Shown: positions 42,185-51,206 of the stretch, piece after piece
Layout of the letters: each line of letters opens with the position of its first letter
Position numbering within the stretch: the first letter of the stretch is position 1
NCBI GenBank assembly: GCA_044345775.1
Contig: JBIJAL010000001.1
Span: 1-52,353 of the forward strand
DNA length: 52,353 bases
Reading direction: 5' to 3'
DNA from: Candidatus Planktophila sp.
GTDB lineage: Bacteria > Actinomycetota > Actinomycetes > Nanopelagicales > Nanopelagicaceae
The notes under the pieces: model-generated
Told to the model about the DNA's origin: nothing
Database searches by the model: none
What the model saw: only the letters and a program-made list of their open reading frames with translations
Program-made: the position numbers and the translations under genes

Positions 42185-42949
42185 TTACTGAGCAGTGAAT
42201 ACAAAGAGCGCTTCCAGGTAATGTTCGCCACGAATTCCAAGATTTGCCGCATCAGGTGGGGCAGTCTGTGGCTCTACACAGATTGCATCAGAATCTTCGG
42301 TATAAACAACCCACCATGGCGCATCTGATTCAATATCAATGCGCGCAGCATCTTCCCAAATCAGCGCTGGCGTCCCGCGAATGCCAGTAAATGCATCATC
42401 CCAAGGCTCGCGTCCTGGTGCGATTAACTCAGATGTTGCAATTCCTTCATCATCGCGCTTGAGCATCTTCTCTGCAGAAAATTCAAGTTCGAGTATTCCG
42501 CCGCGATCTAATTCACGTGGAAACCATGGATGAAAACCTAACCATGCCGGCAAATCGCAATCGCCAGCATCATATTCCAGTGACCAACGAATCGCATCAT
42601 CTAAGACTTCAACTTTCTGTTCTACCGTCGCACCGCCATATGGCTTTGGTAGATGCAGTAGCGATCGACCAGGACCAATCTCTTGCCATGATGAAACAAA
42701 ACCAAATCCATGTATTGCATGTGGCGGCATGAGATTTGTTGGTAATTGATGTTCACCTGTTGTCGGCGATGTAATCAGACCATCTCGAATACGCCCCGCC
42801 CATGGAGCGAGGCTGTACCAACCGTAATTCAGCGGCGATCCACGAAACGGCAAGGCAAACTCCATCTCGCGCCAGATGACGGATGCGATATTCGCCCCTT
42901 GATCATCATCGATGCGAATCTGAAAATCAGCATCATCGATATATTGCAT
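42185..42949 (-). CDS. aldose 1-epimerase family protein
   Basis: PWAGRI, HAIHG, GFHPWF and CVEPQT motifs. Confidence 0.88.
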   Translation of the reverse strand: MQYIDDADFQIRIDDDQGANIASVIWREMEFALPFRGSPLNYGWYSLAPWAGRIRDGLITSPTTGEHQLPTNLMPPHAIHGFGFVSSWQEIGPGRSLLHLPKPYGGATVEQKVEVLDDAIRWSLEYDAGDCDLPAWLGFHPWFPRELDRGGILELEFSAEKMLKRDDEGIATSELIAPGREPWDDAFTGIRGTPALIWEDAARIDIESDAPWWVVYTEDSDAICVEPQTAPPDAANLGIRGEHYLEALFVFTAQ

Positions 42950-43851
42950 TACTTCACCTCACTACTTGGTAGTTCATGCTTATACGGTGGCTGCGCGCCT
43001 TGCCGTGAACAGGTAATCGCCGCAGCGCTGGCTGCGCGCACCAAAACATCACGCAAGAGATCCCCACGAAGTTCTATCAAACCGTGCGCAACCATTGCTT
43101 CGACAACAATCGCTCCGACTGTATCTCCTGCGCCCACAGTATCGACGACATCTACTATCACACCTGGCACTTCAACACGACCATCAGCGGTAAAGCCAAC
43201 TAAACCATTGGCACCACGAGTCACAACAACTAAGAAGACTCCATCACTAATCCAACGATTGGCCACGTCATCTATTGATTGACCTGGAAATAACCACGCC
43301 ACATCATCATCGCTGACCTTAATAACAGCAGATAACGCCGCCCATTTCTCAACGGCCGCTTCATATAAATCGCGATCTGGTTGCACTGATGGGCGAATAT
43401 TTGGATCAAAGATAATGGGTGCAAACTCCGCCACCTGCATCGCCCAGTCATAGAGCGCTGATGCTCCTGGCTCAATTACGGTGACAAGTGTTCCGATATG
43501 TAACACCTGTGGTTGATAGCGATAAGGATCAGGTAGCCATGAAGCCTCGAAATCAAAGGTGGCAGTTCCATCAATCAGAAATTCATATGAGGCAGCACCG
43601 GCAGCATCGAGTGTGACTGTGGCAGTACATGTTGGTTTATCACTTAATTGTGCTAAATCTAAATTCACACCATCACGCAATAACTCAGCCCGCGCTGATT
43701 GCCCATATGCATCACTTGATATGCCATCAATAAAATTCACATTATGTCCCAGCCGTGCCAACGCCTTCGCTGTATTGGCTGGCCCTCCACCAACAACGGG
43801 ACCAGTTGGCAAGATATCAATCAGCACTTCACCGCAGACCCAGATACTCAC
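42949..43851 (-). CDS. PfkB family carbohydrate kinase (fructokinase-like)
   Basis: GEVLID, GGGPAN, FDPNIRP and DTVGAGD motifs. Confidence 0.9.
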   Translation of the reverse strand: MSIWVCGEVLIDILPTGPVVGGGPANTAKALARLGHNVNFIDGISSDAYGQSARAELLRDGVNLDLAQLSDKPTCTATVTLDAAGAASYEFLIDGTATFDFEASWLPDPYRYQPQVLHIGTLVTVIEPGASALYDWAMQVAEFAPIIFDPNIRPSVQPDRDLYEAAVEKWAALSAVIKVSDDDVAWLFPGQSIDDVANRWISDGVFLVVVTRGANGLVGFTADGRVEVPGVIVDVVDTVGAGDTVGAIVVEAMVAHGLIELRGDLLRDVLVRAASAAAITCSRQGAQPPYKHELPSSEVK

Positions 43852-44339
43852 GCGAGTTCTCCTTTACGCGCTAAAAACTCAGTGAGAACTTCTACGGCGA
43901 ATAAATGATCCTCCACTTGTGGTAACCCTGAAATAATTAACATGCCCACGCAACCAAGTCCTGAAACGCTAAGTGCGAGCGCACCACCATGGATTGCATG
44001 TAACTCCTCCGATAATCCTTTTTCGTCATACCAATTAACACCACGCTCCTCGGCATCTACTCGTTCATGCATCGTTGATCGACCTGTTGCTAAAACAACG
44101 CGCGCCTTTCGCGCAATCCATGAATCATTTTCTGGCGTTGATCCCGGCAACGATGCGTGAAAAACACTCCACGCACCCATCTTCACCTCGATCGCAATCG
44201 GCGCTTTTCGCCCGCGCCCGAGCGCCACCGCAATCTCGCCGATCTCAAGGGCCTCTGCCTGCGTTAGGGAAGCCAAGACCAATGTCTTAGCCTCGAGCGC
44301 TAAAGCTTCGCTTGTGAAGCCACCCGTTGTTTCGACCAT
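43848..44339 (-). CDS. heme-degrading / GlcG-HbpS-like (UPF0303) protein
   Basis: N..WIARK, HGG and SGLPQ.EDH motifs; start ATG 44339. Confidence 0.82.
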   Translation of the reverse strand: MVETTGGFTSEALALEAKTLVLASLTQAEALEIGEIAVALGRGRKAPIAIEVKMGAWSVFHASLPGSTPENDSWIARKARVVLATGRSTMHERVDAEERGVNWYDEKGLSEELHAIHGGALALSVSGLGCVGMLIISGLPQVEDHLFAVEVLTEFLARKGELA

Positions 44340-44367
44340 GTGCCAATCTTGCCCTACCGTTGCACCC

Positions 44368-45303
44368 ATGATCACTATTCCTGAGACAGATCTCGTCGTT
44401 CACCCATTATGCCTAGGCACCAATGTCTTTGGCTGGAGCGCGGATGAGCCCCAATCCCACGCCGTCCTTGATGCCTATCGATCCCATGGCGGAAACTTCG
44501 TTGATACCGCAGATATGTATTCAGCGTGGAAAGAAGGAAATGTCGGAGGAGAATCCGAAACAATCATCGGCAATTGGATGGCAAAAAAAGGTAACCGTAA
44601 CGAAATGGTTGTTGCCACCAAAGTTGCCAAGCTTCCTACCCGCCCCGGACTTCACCCAGATAACATCATTGCTGCCTGCAACGATTCACTCAAGCGCTTG
44701 CAATCAGATCACATCGATATTTATTACGCCCACCACGATGACCCAACAATTCCACTCGAAGATGTACTCGGTGCCTTCGCACAGTTAATCGCCGAAGGAA
44801 AGGTGCGCTACATAGCAGCCTCGCAATACACCGGTGCTCGTTTGCAAGAAGCGCTCGATGTCTCAGCAAAGCACAATCTTCCTAGCTACATTGCACTTCA
44901 AGATCAATACAACCTTGTATCTCGTAATCCCTTTGAATCAGAGCAACAACCAGTCTTAGCTGCCCACGGAATCTCCGCCATCCCTTTCTACGGTCTTGCC
45001 CGCGGATTTCTTTCAGGTAAATACCGCGAAGGAAAAGTCGTCGAATCAGTTCGCGCAGAAGGCGTCAAAGAGTTTGCAACGCCTAAGGGATATGCAACCT
45101 TGGCCGTCATGGATCAGATCGCAGAAGCGCACAACTGCAGCGTCAGCGCTGTCTCACTCGCCTGGCTACGATCAAATCCACAACTAAGCACACCGATCGC
45201 ATCAGCGCGCACCGCTGAACAACTGGAAGAGATCGTGCAGATTATCGAGCTCGCACCCGATGAAGTCTTAGCCCTGAACGCCGTCAGCGCACCGACTGCC
45301 TAA
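44368..45303 (+). CDS. aldo/keto reductase
   Basis: LGTNVFG, DTADMY, SLKRLQ.D.IDIYYAH, GKVRYI motifs; start ATG 44368. Confidence 0.92.
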   Translation: MITIPETDLVVHPLCLGTNVFGWSADEPQSHAVLDAYRSHGGNFVDTADMYSAWKEGNVGGESETIIGNWMAKKGNRNEMVVATKVAKLPTRPGLHPDNIIAACNDSLKRLQSDHIDIYYAHHDDPTIPLEDVLGAFAQLIAEGKVRYIAASQYTGARLQEALDVSAKHNLPSYIALQDQYNLVSRNPFESEQQPVLAAHGISAIPFYGLARGFLSGKYREGKVVESVRAEGVKEFATPKGYATLAVMDQIAEAHNCSVSAVSLAWLRSNPQLSTPIASARTAEQLEEIVQIIELAPDEVLALNAVSAPTA

Positions 45304-45351
45304 CCCCAGATAAGCCCCAAACCCCCCAGAACAACCCGTAGACTGCCCCTT

Positions 45352-46314
45352 ATGCGCGTATTTATCACCGGTGGTGCAGGTTTTATCGGCTCACACTTAG
45401 CCGACGCCCTGATCGCCCGTGGGGATACCGTCACCATCCTGGATAACCTCTCCACCGGATCAGCTGCCAATATCGCCAGCATCAAAGATCAGATTGAAAT
45501 CCACCAAGGCGATATCCGAGACCAAGCACTCGTTGAATCCCTCGTTGAAAACTCCGACCTCATCCTCCACATGGCCGCCGCCTTAGGCGTGAGCACAATC
45601 TTGGAGAAAACAATCGAATCAGTATCGGTTAACTTCACCGGCTCTGAAGTTGTCCTCAACGCTGCCACCAAATTCAATAAACGCATCATCATCGCAAGCA
45701 CATCTGAGATCTACGGTAAGAACCCAGAACAACCATTACATGAAGAATCAGATCGCGTTGTTGGTGCACCACAGAAAATTCGCTGGACATACTCTGATGC
45801 AAAAGCACTTGAAGAAGCCATCGCACATTCACTGCACACCACCCAAGGACTTAAAGTCACCACGGTTCGCCTCTTTAACACCGTCGGCCCACGCCAAAGT
45901 GGTCGCTACGGAATGGTCCTGCCCCGCTTTGTGCAATCAGCCCTGGCCAATGAACCCATCACCATCTATGGCGATGGATCACAATCACGCGTCTTCTGCC
46001 ACGTCGCCGATGCCATCAAAGCAATCCTCACCTTAGCCGCCACCGATTCAACAATCGGCGATGTCTTCAACGTCGGCGGCGTTGGTGAAACAACAATGAA
46101 GCAACTAGCCGAACAGATCATCAAACAGACAAATTCCACATCCACCATCACCTACACCCCCTATGCCGATGCCTACCCCGCCGGATTTGAAGATATGCAG
46201 CGCCGCGTTCCTGACATCACCAAGATAAAAAAGACAATCTCATGGCAACCAGAACATACGCTGGCAACAATTATTGATGATGTTGCGCAATCAATGAATA
46301 ACGCTACAAAGTAA
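45352..46314 (+). CDS. NAD-dependent nucleotide-sugar epimerase/dehydratase
   Basis: GGAGFIG, STSEIYG, YxxxK (YSDAK), RLFNTVGP motifs. Confidence 0.9.
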   Translation: MRVFITGGAGFIGSHLADALIARGDTVTILDNLSTGSAANIASIKDQIEIHQGDIRDQALVESLVENSDLILHMAAALGVSTILEKTIESVSVNFTGSEVVLNAATKFNKRIIIASTSEIYGKNPEQPLHEESDRVVGAPQKIRWTYSDAKALEEAIAHSLHTTQGLKVTTVRLFNTVGPRQSGRYGMVLPRFVQSALANEPITIYGDGSQSRVFCHVADAIKAILTLAATDSTIGDVFNVGGVGETTMKQLAEQIIKQTNSTSTITYTPYADAYPAGFEDMQRRVPDITKIKKTISWQPEHTLATIIDDVAQSMNNATK

Positions 46315-47506
46315 AGCTAGCGCCAACTTTTCCAGTTGTATCAAAGACATACGGCGCAGACTTCATAACAGCATCTGCATCTGTCACTGAATGCAACGTC
46401 ACCACAATTGCAATATCAGCACCCCCCAATGGCGTTGAAGATTCACCCATCCACGTACTCACAAGATCATCACTCCACGTGACCAGAGCGCCAGCCTTTT
46501 TAAGTTCTTCAATGACCGGCTCTGCCGGTGTCTCTCTTACATCTGCAACATTTGCCTTATAGGCAACGCCAACAACCTGCACCTTTTTACCCGCTAAAGA
46601 TCCACCGTTATCTGCAGCCACGCGACCAACTACGTATGCCGCCATCTCCAGATTTACCTCATTTGCCCGCTCGATAAATGTCGCAGGCACGCCAAGGCCT
46701 GCCGCAGTATGCGCTAAATACGATGGATCCACCGGAATACAGTGCCCACCCACACCAGCACTTGGCATAAATTTCATAAACCCATACGGCTTTGTCGCCG
46801 CCGCATCCAAAGTTTCATAGACTGAAATACCCAGGGCATGTGCAATCTGTGCAAACTCATTAACGAGAGCGATATTTACCTGTCTAAATGTATTTTCAAA
46901 TAACTTCGCCGACTCTGCCACCTCGGGCGATGAAACCTCAATCAAGTTATCGCAGAAGGTTGAATAGAAATCACGCACAGCAAGTGATGCCTCTGGGGTA
47001 AGCCCAGCATAGAGACGAGGTGTGTTCTTCTGATCCCAATCTGTGCGACCTGGATCCACCCGCTCAGGAGAAACGGCATACATATGCTCAACCCCACCAG
47101 AATGCTTTTCAATTAGCGGCTTGATCAGATTACGCACCGTTCCAGGAAAGGATGTCGACTCATTAATAATCAAGGCAGGAGCCTTCACATTCTCACCAAT
47201 TGTCTTACACGCTGCCTCCACAAATGTTAAATCAGGCTTTCGATCACCAGTTAGCGGTGTCGGCACAGCAATCACAACTACATCTGCACCCGCAATATCT
47301 CCAGCATCTGTCGTTGCCTTATATCTTCCCGCAGCAATCCACTTCGCTAAATCACTTGAAGCAACGCCCTCAATATGTGAACGTCCCTGATTTAACGCAT
47401 CCACCACACCTTGGTTCATATCAAAGCCAACAACCAGATGATGCTCTGCTGCAAAGACCGAGATTGTCAGCCCCACATACCCTTGCCCGATAATTGCAAC
47501 CTTCAT
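46304..47506 (-). CDS. nucleotide-sugar (UDP-HexNAc type) 6-dehydrogenase
   Basis: GQGYVG, AVPTP, SPERVDPG, AESAKLFEN and GGHCIP motifs. Confidence 0.9.
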   Translation of the reverse strand: MKVAIIGQGYVGLTISVFAAEHHLVVGFDMNQGVVDALNQGRSHIEGVASSDLAKWIAAGRYKATTDAGDIAGADVVVIAVPTPLTGDRKPDLTFVEAACKTIGENVKAPALIINESTSFPGTVRNLIKPLIEKHSGGVEHMYAVSPERVDPGRTDWDQKNTPRLYAGLTPEASLAVRDFYSTFCDNLIEVSSPEVAESAKLFENTFRQVNIALVNEFAQIAHALGISVYETLDAAATKPYGFMKFMPSAGVGGHCIPVDPSYLAHTAAGLGVPATFIERANEVNLEMAAYVVGRVAADNGGSLAGKKVQVVGVAYKANVADVRETPAEPVIEELKKAGALVTWSDDLVSTWMGESSTPLGGADIAIVVTLHSVTDADAVMKSAPYVFDTTGKVGASFTL

Positions 47507-47509
47507 TAC

Positions 47510-49216
47510 TTATCCGAGCACATTTGGATTATTAGGATCTAGCCGTTTCATATTCTCTAGCGCTATAGCTTTTTCGGCAGCAGAGCTCTTGGAGATAAAA
47601 TAGAACATCTTCCAGGAGTCAAAATTATCAGGATTGAATTGAACGCTGATTTGCGCATACTTATACGCCAAGTCATACAACTTGCTATTTTCTAACAACT
47701 GTACGGCATTTGCATACTTGTATGAGTTTGGTGGATTGAGATATCCGGGCGTGAGAGCTTGTTCAACTTTTGTAGCATCTTGAGAAATTAACGCTGATCG
47801 CCATTTGGAATCTGCGCTATATGGCGGACTTGCAATCAAAAGTCCAATAACTGCGCCGATACCAGCGATCAGGGTAGAGCTGAAGATAGTCTCGCTCTCC
47901 TTCTTCTTCACAACTCGCGGACCATTTGTCTTTCCAGCAACTCCGCCATCATCAGCTTCTTTCGGACGCGTAGCAACTTCATAAGCGATAAGCGCGCCAC
48001 CAAAGAGCCAGCCCCAGATAGCCAACCCAATTTGGTTGATAGAGATGATTGACTGCAACTGATAACAGACCCAGGCCGTTGTTAACGTCACAAAGATTGG
48101 ATCATATGCACGAGCCCGCGCAGTTACCTTAATAATAGCGATGACAGATAACAGCAACATCCCGACATAAGATAAAAAGAGTGGCCATCCACCAAAAGCT
48201 AAAACATCAAAGGGCACATTGTGTGCCGCATTTGTTGTTGTATTCGGCCCCGGCAAAACTAACGCCTGCAGATCACGTGCCCGGCGATACCAATCTCCAT
48301 ATGTATCAAATCCAACACCTGTCAATGGATGCTCAGATCCCATATTCCAACCGGCTTGCCAATACTCACCGCGCAATGAAACCGAAGTCTTATAAATATA
48401 TTTAGCCAGCGGCCCGCTCTGCAACGCACCCAAAAGTGCGAAAGCACCGCCGATCGAGATCACAACAACATACCCAACCTGAAACAAAGCACTCTTGAGC
48501 TTTGCTCGAACAAGATAAAAACCAACGATCGCAAGGCCAGCTGCGACAACAACTCGACCTTGGATTGCATTTGAATCAATGATTTCAATCACTGTCACCA
48601 CAAAGATCACAGCTGATAAGAGCCTCACGCCGATGTGAAGTCCACTCTTGAAGTTGTAGGCAACCAGGCTTGCTGCAAAAAGACCTAAAAACGCCCCAAT
48701 AAAGTTCGGGTTACCAAAAGTGCCAAGAATATTTCCATAAGGATTACTCCACGGGATAAAGTCACCGAAGAGAATCACCCAGCCGCAATAGATCACATTT
48801 ACTATTCCAGCAGCAAATAAACCATAAATCAGAATAGTGAAACTCTGAGTGGAACGGAGTACGACTGCCGAAAGGATCAGAAAGATCAACAAGAGATAAG
48901 TCAAAAAGGCAGTATTTCTACCATAGGCCCCATAGATGTTCTGTGTCAGCGGCCCTGAACTATTGATAATTGCATTCACTGAAGCGACTAAGAAAAGTCC
49001 CGCCAAGATCACCAAGGCCTTTGAAGAGGACCACAGTTGCTTTAACCCAAAGCCCAACACCACAGCAAATGCACCCACAGCAACCCCACCCAGTAGGAAC
49101 AACTTAGGTACGTTCACAGGATCTGTGACAGTGCCCGTAACCACAACAACTGCGATAAGGGCAGATCCAATACCTAAAATGCGAGCAATAGTTCTCTCTG
49201 CCACCTGATTAGCCAT
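47510..49216 (-). CDS. O-antigen ligase (Wzy_C) family membrane protein with C-terminal TPR-like helices
   Basis: About 12 TM helices, GTFGNPN, R..YW, HPLTGVG and AHN motifs; TAAGAT 6 nt before ATG 49216. Confidence 0.85.
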   Translation of the reverse strand: MANQVAERTIARILGIGSALIAVVVVTGTVTDPVNVPKLFLLGGVAVGAFAVVLGFGLKQLWSSSKALVILAGLFLVASVNAIINSSGPLTQNIYGAYGRNTAFLTYLLLIFLILSAVVLRSTQSFTILIYGLFAAGIVNVIYCGWVILFGDFIPWSNPYGNILGTFGNPNFIGAFLGLFAASLVAYNFKSGLHIGVRLLSAVIFVVTVIEIIDSNAIQGRVVVAAGLAIVGFYLVRAKLKSALFQVGYVVVISIGGAFALLGALQSGPLAKYIYKTSVSLRGEYWQAGWNMGSEHPLTGVGFDTYGDWYRRARDLQALVLPGPNTTTNAAHNVPFDVLAFGGWPLFLSYVGMLLLSVIAIIKVTARARAYDPIFVTLTTAWVCYQLQSIISINQIGLAIWGWLFGGALIAYEVATRPKEADDGGVAGKTNGPRVVKKKESETIFSSTLIAGIGAVIGLLIASPPYSADSKWRSALISQDATKVEQALTPGYLNPPNSYKYANAVQLLENSKLYDLAYKYAQISVQFNPDNFDSWKMFYFISKSSAAEKAIALENMKRLDPNNPNVLG

Positions 49217-49236
49217 GGCCAAATCTTAACCTGTAG

Positions 49237-49281
49237 AAAGCCGAAACCCGGCTCCTCGTTAAGAGGAACCGGGTTTCGGTT
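49237..49281 (-). terminator. intrinsic terminator after surface-protein gene
   Basis: Minus-strand AACCGAAACCCGGTTCCTC-TTAAC-GAGGAGCCGGGTTTCGG followed by CTTTCT. Confidence 0.85.
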
Positions 49282-49290
49282 ATTTACTTA

Positions 49291-51048
49291 TTACTTGATC
49301 TTAGCTGTTTGCTTAGCAATTCTTGCAAGAACTGCTGAGAGTGACTTGATCTGAGCCTGTAGGCCTGCGATCAATTGAGTTACAGACTCTGAAAGAGCTG
49401 CAATTGCATCAGATGCTTCCTGAGCAGCTGCAATAGCTGCATCTGCTGCTTCAGCTGCAGCAAGTGCTGCATCTAGTGCTGCATTAGCTGCATCATTTGC
49501 ATCGTTAGCTGCATCTGTTGCTGCATCTAGACCAGGGTTAGAAACAGTTATTGAACCTGTGATCGTTCCCTTGGTCGTTGAATCTGTTGCAGAGCCTTCT
49601 GTACCTGTGAATGTCACAGTTCCAGCAGCTGGTGCGTAGAAGATGTAGGTAGCTACGCCACCAGAGACAGTTACAGTTTCACCAGTTGGAAGTGTTGAAC
49701 CTGAAACTTGAATGCTTGATGTGATACCAGCTGAAGACACGAGGAAACGTGCTCCATCTGCAACTGGGTTACCCGAAGCATCGAGAGCTGTGAGTGTAAC
49801 GGTTACTTTCTCGCCCGCTGTTGGAGCATCGTTTGAGAATGTAAGTGTTACTGTCTTAGCTGTCTTTGCACCCACTGTGATAGCAACTGTTGATGTAATT
49901 GTTGCTGCTGTACAAGCTGCAGTATTACATAGTGTGATTGTTGCTTTACCTGACTTCACACCTGTTACAACAATTGCTCCTGCAGAACCTATTGTTGCTG
50001 GAACTGTTGCTACAGATGAATCTGAAGAGATAGCGTATACAGCTGGAGCGCCAGTTGCGTTTCCAGCCTTATCTGCACCAGCAACAGTGATTGTTGCGGT
50101 ATCGCCAACACCAAGTGACTTCGTTGCGAATGTGCCTGTGTATGAAGCGACATCTCCGAAGAAGGTTACCTTCTTGGTTGCAAGAAGGATTGTTCCTGCG
50201 TAGATCTCAACTTCAGCAACGCCTTCAGTACCATCAGAGAAGACACCGATGTGGTGACCAGCTGTGGTTGTGATTGCGCGGCCTGCAGAAACCATGTTTC
50301 CTGTGTTATTTGAAGCGATGCTTCCAACAGTTCCTGGTGTTCCAGACTTAACAACTACTGTGAGAGCTGCATCTGAAAGTGTAGTTCCTGCTGCATTCTT
50401 CAATACAACTGCGATTGTTGCAGCCTGTGCTGATGCGTTAAGTGCCTTTGAAACAACTGTTGCTGAATCTGCTGCAGCTCCTGCTGTAACAGTCTCACCT
50501 GTCTGAATCCATGTTGTTGACTTTGCTGCTGAAACAACAACATCGTCAGCTGGAGCAGCTGTAACAGTTACTGTAAATGTGACAGCAGCTGAGTTCAGTG
50601 TGCTTCCCGCAGAAACTGCTGGCGTGAACTTGTATGAATAAGTTCCAACCTTTGCGTTAGCAGGCATAACCACATTTACTGTGATCTTACCTGAAGTTGA
50701 TGTTGCAGCTGTCTGCGCTAGGTTCACAATTGTTGCGGTGAGACCATTTATGTTTACAGAAGCATTGACTGTATCTGAAGCAACAAGTGTAGGCATAACG
50801 CTTCCACCTGCTGGGAGTGATGTTGCTGAAGCGACAACTGTTAGGGTGTCAACAGCATTTGATGGTCCTGACAAGAATGTTCCTGTCAATGTAACTGTTG
50901 CTGTCTCGCCTGTTTGAATCGCTGCTGTTGTAGCAGAGATTGCAAGCGTGTCAGCCTGTAGTACTGCCTGTGATGGCACTACGGAGAGAACTCCGAAGCC
51001 CAACGCCGCGACAGCAACAAGCGCTACGCGCTTAATTGTTGTAGACAT
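49291..51048 (-). CDS. large secreted Ig-like-domain surface (S-layer-like) protein
   Basis: GAAAGGA SD, signal peptide KRVALVAVAALGFGVLSVVPSQA, Thr/Ala/Val-rich beta repeats, Big_2-like SSDSSVATV..G.ATIT and Big_1-like VTLTALDASGNPVADG motifs, coiled-coil tail, strongly biased codons. Confidence 0.8.
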   Translation of the reverse strand: MSTTIKRVALVAVAALGFGVLSVVPSQAVLQADTLAISATTAAIQTGETATVTLTGTFLSGPSNAVDTLTVVASATSLPAGGSVMPTLVASDTVNASVNINGLTATIVNLAQTAATSTSGKITVNVVMPANAKVGTYSYKFTPAVSAGSTLNSAAVTFTVTVTAAPADDVVVSAAKSTTWIQTGETVTAGAAADSATVVSKALNASAQAATIAVVLKNAAGTTLSDAALTVVVKSGTPGTVGSIASNNTGNMVSAGRAITTTAGHHIGVFSDGTEGVAEVEIYAGTILLATKKVTFFGDVASYTGTFATKSLGVGDTATITVAGADKAGNATGAPAVYAISSDSSVATVPATIGSAGAIVVTGVKSGKATITLCNTAACTAATITSTVAITVGAKTAKTVTLTFSNDAPTAGEKVTVTLTALDASGNPVADGARFLVSSAGITSSIQVSGSTLPTGETVTVSGGVATYIFYAPAAGTVTFTGTEGSATDSTTKGTITGSITVSNPGLDAATDAANDANDAANAALDAALAAAEAADAAIAAAQEASDAIAALSESVTQLIAGLQAQIKSLSAVLARIAKQTAKIK

Positions 51049-51063
51049 TTGTTTCCTTTCGAT

Positions 51064-51179
51064 AGTCGATCCACGGACTATCCGTAGATCGGCTTGAAGC
51101 AAGCGAACTTGCTTCTCTCGATTCATCGCACGTGCTGATGAATCAAATTCTCCGCCGTGTATCCGGACGCGGCGAAGAA
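51064..51179 (-). promoter_or_regulatory. structured 5' leader with four tandem hairpins
   Basis: Stems at 51148-51179, 51120-51144, 51096-51115 (UUCG loop) and 51064-51094, immediately before the SD. Confidence 0.7.
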
Positions 51180-51206
51180 AACTAGGCAGATGAAATATCA
51201 CGTGCT

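Noticed and set aside
49420-49530. Repetitive GCAGCT/GCATCT DNA as a CRISPR or VNTR
   Set aside because: Explained by Ala/Asp codons of the coiled coil; no constant repeat-spacer pattern.
51160-51200. Specific ECF promoter for the surface gene (TCATCT...CGTC)
   Set aside because: Spacing and consensus are ambiguous and the site overlaps a hairpin; cannot be called without TSS data.
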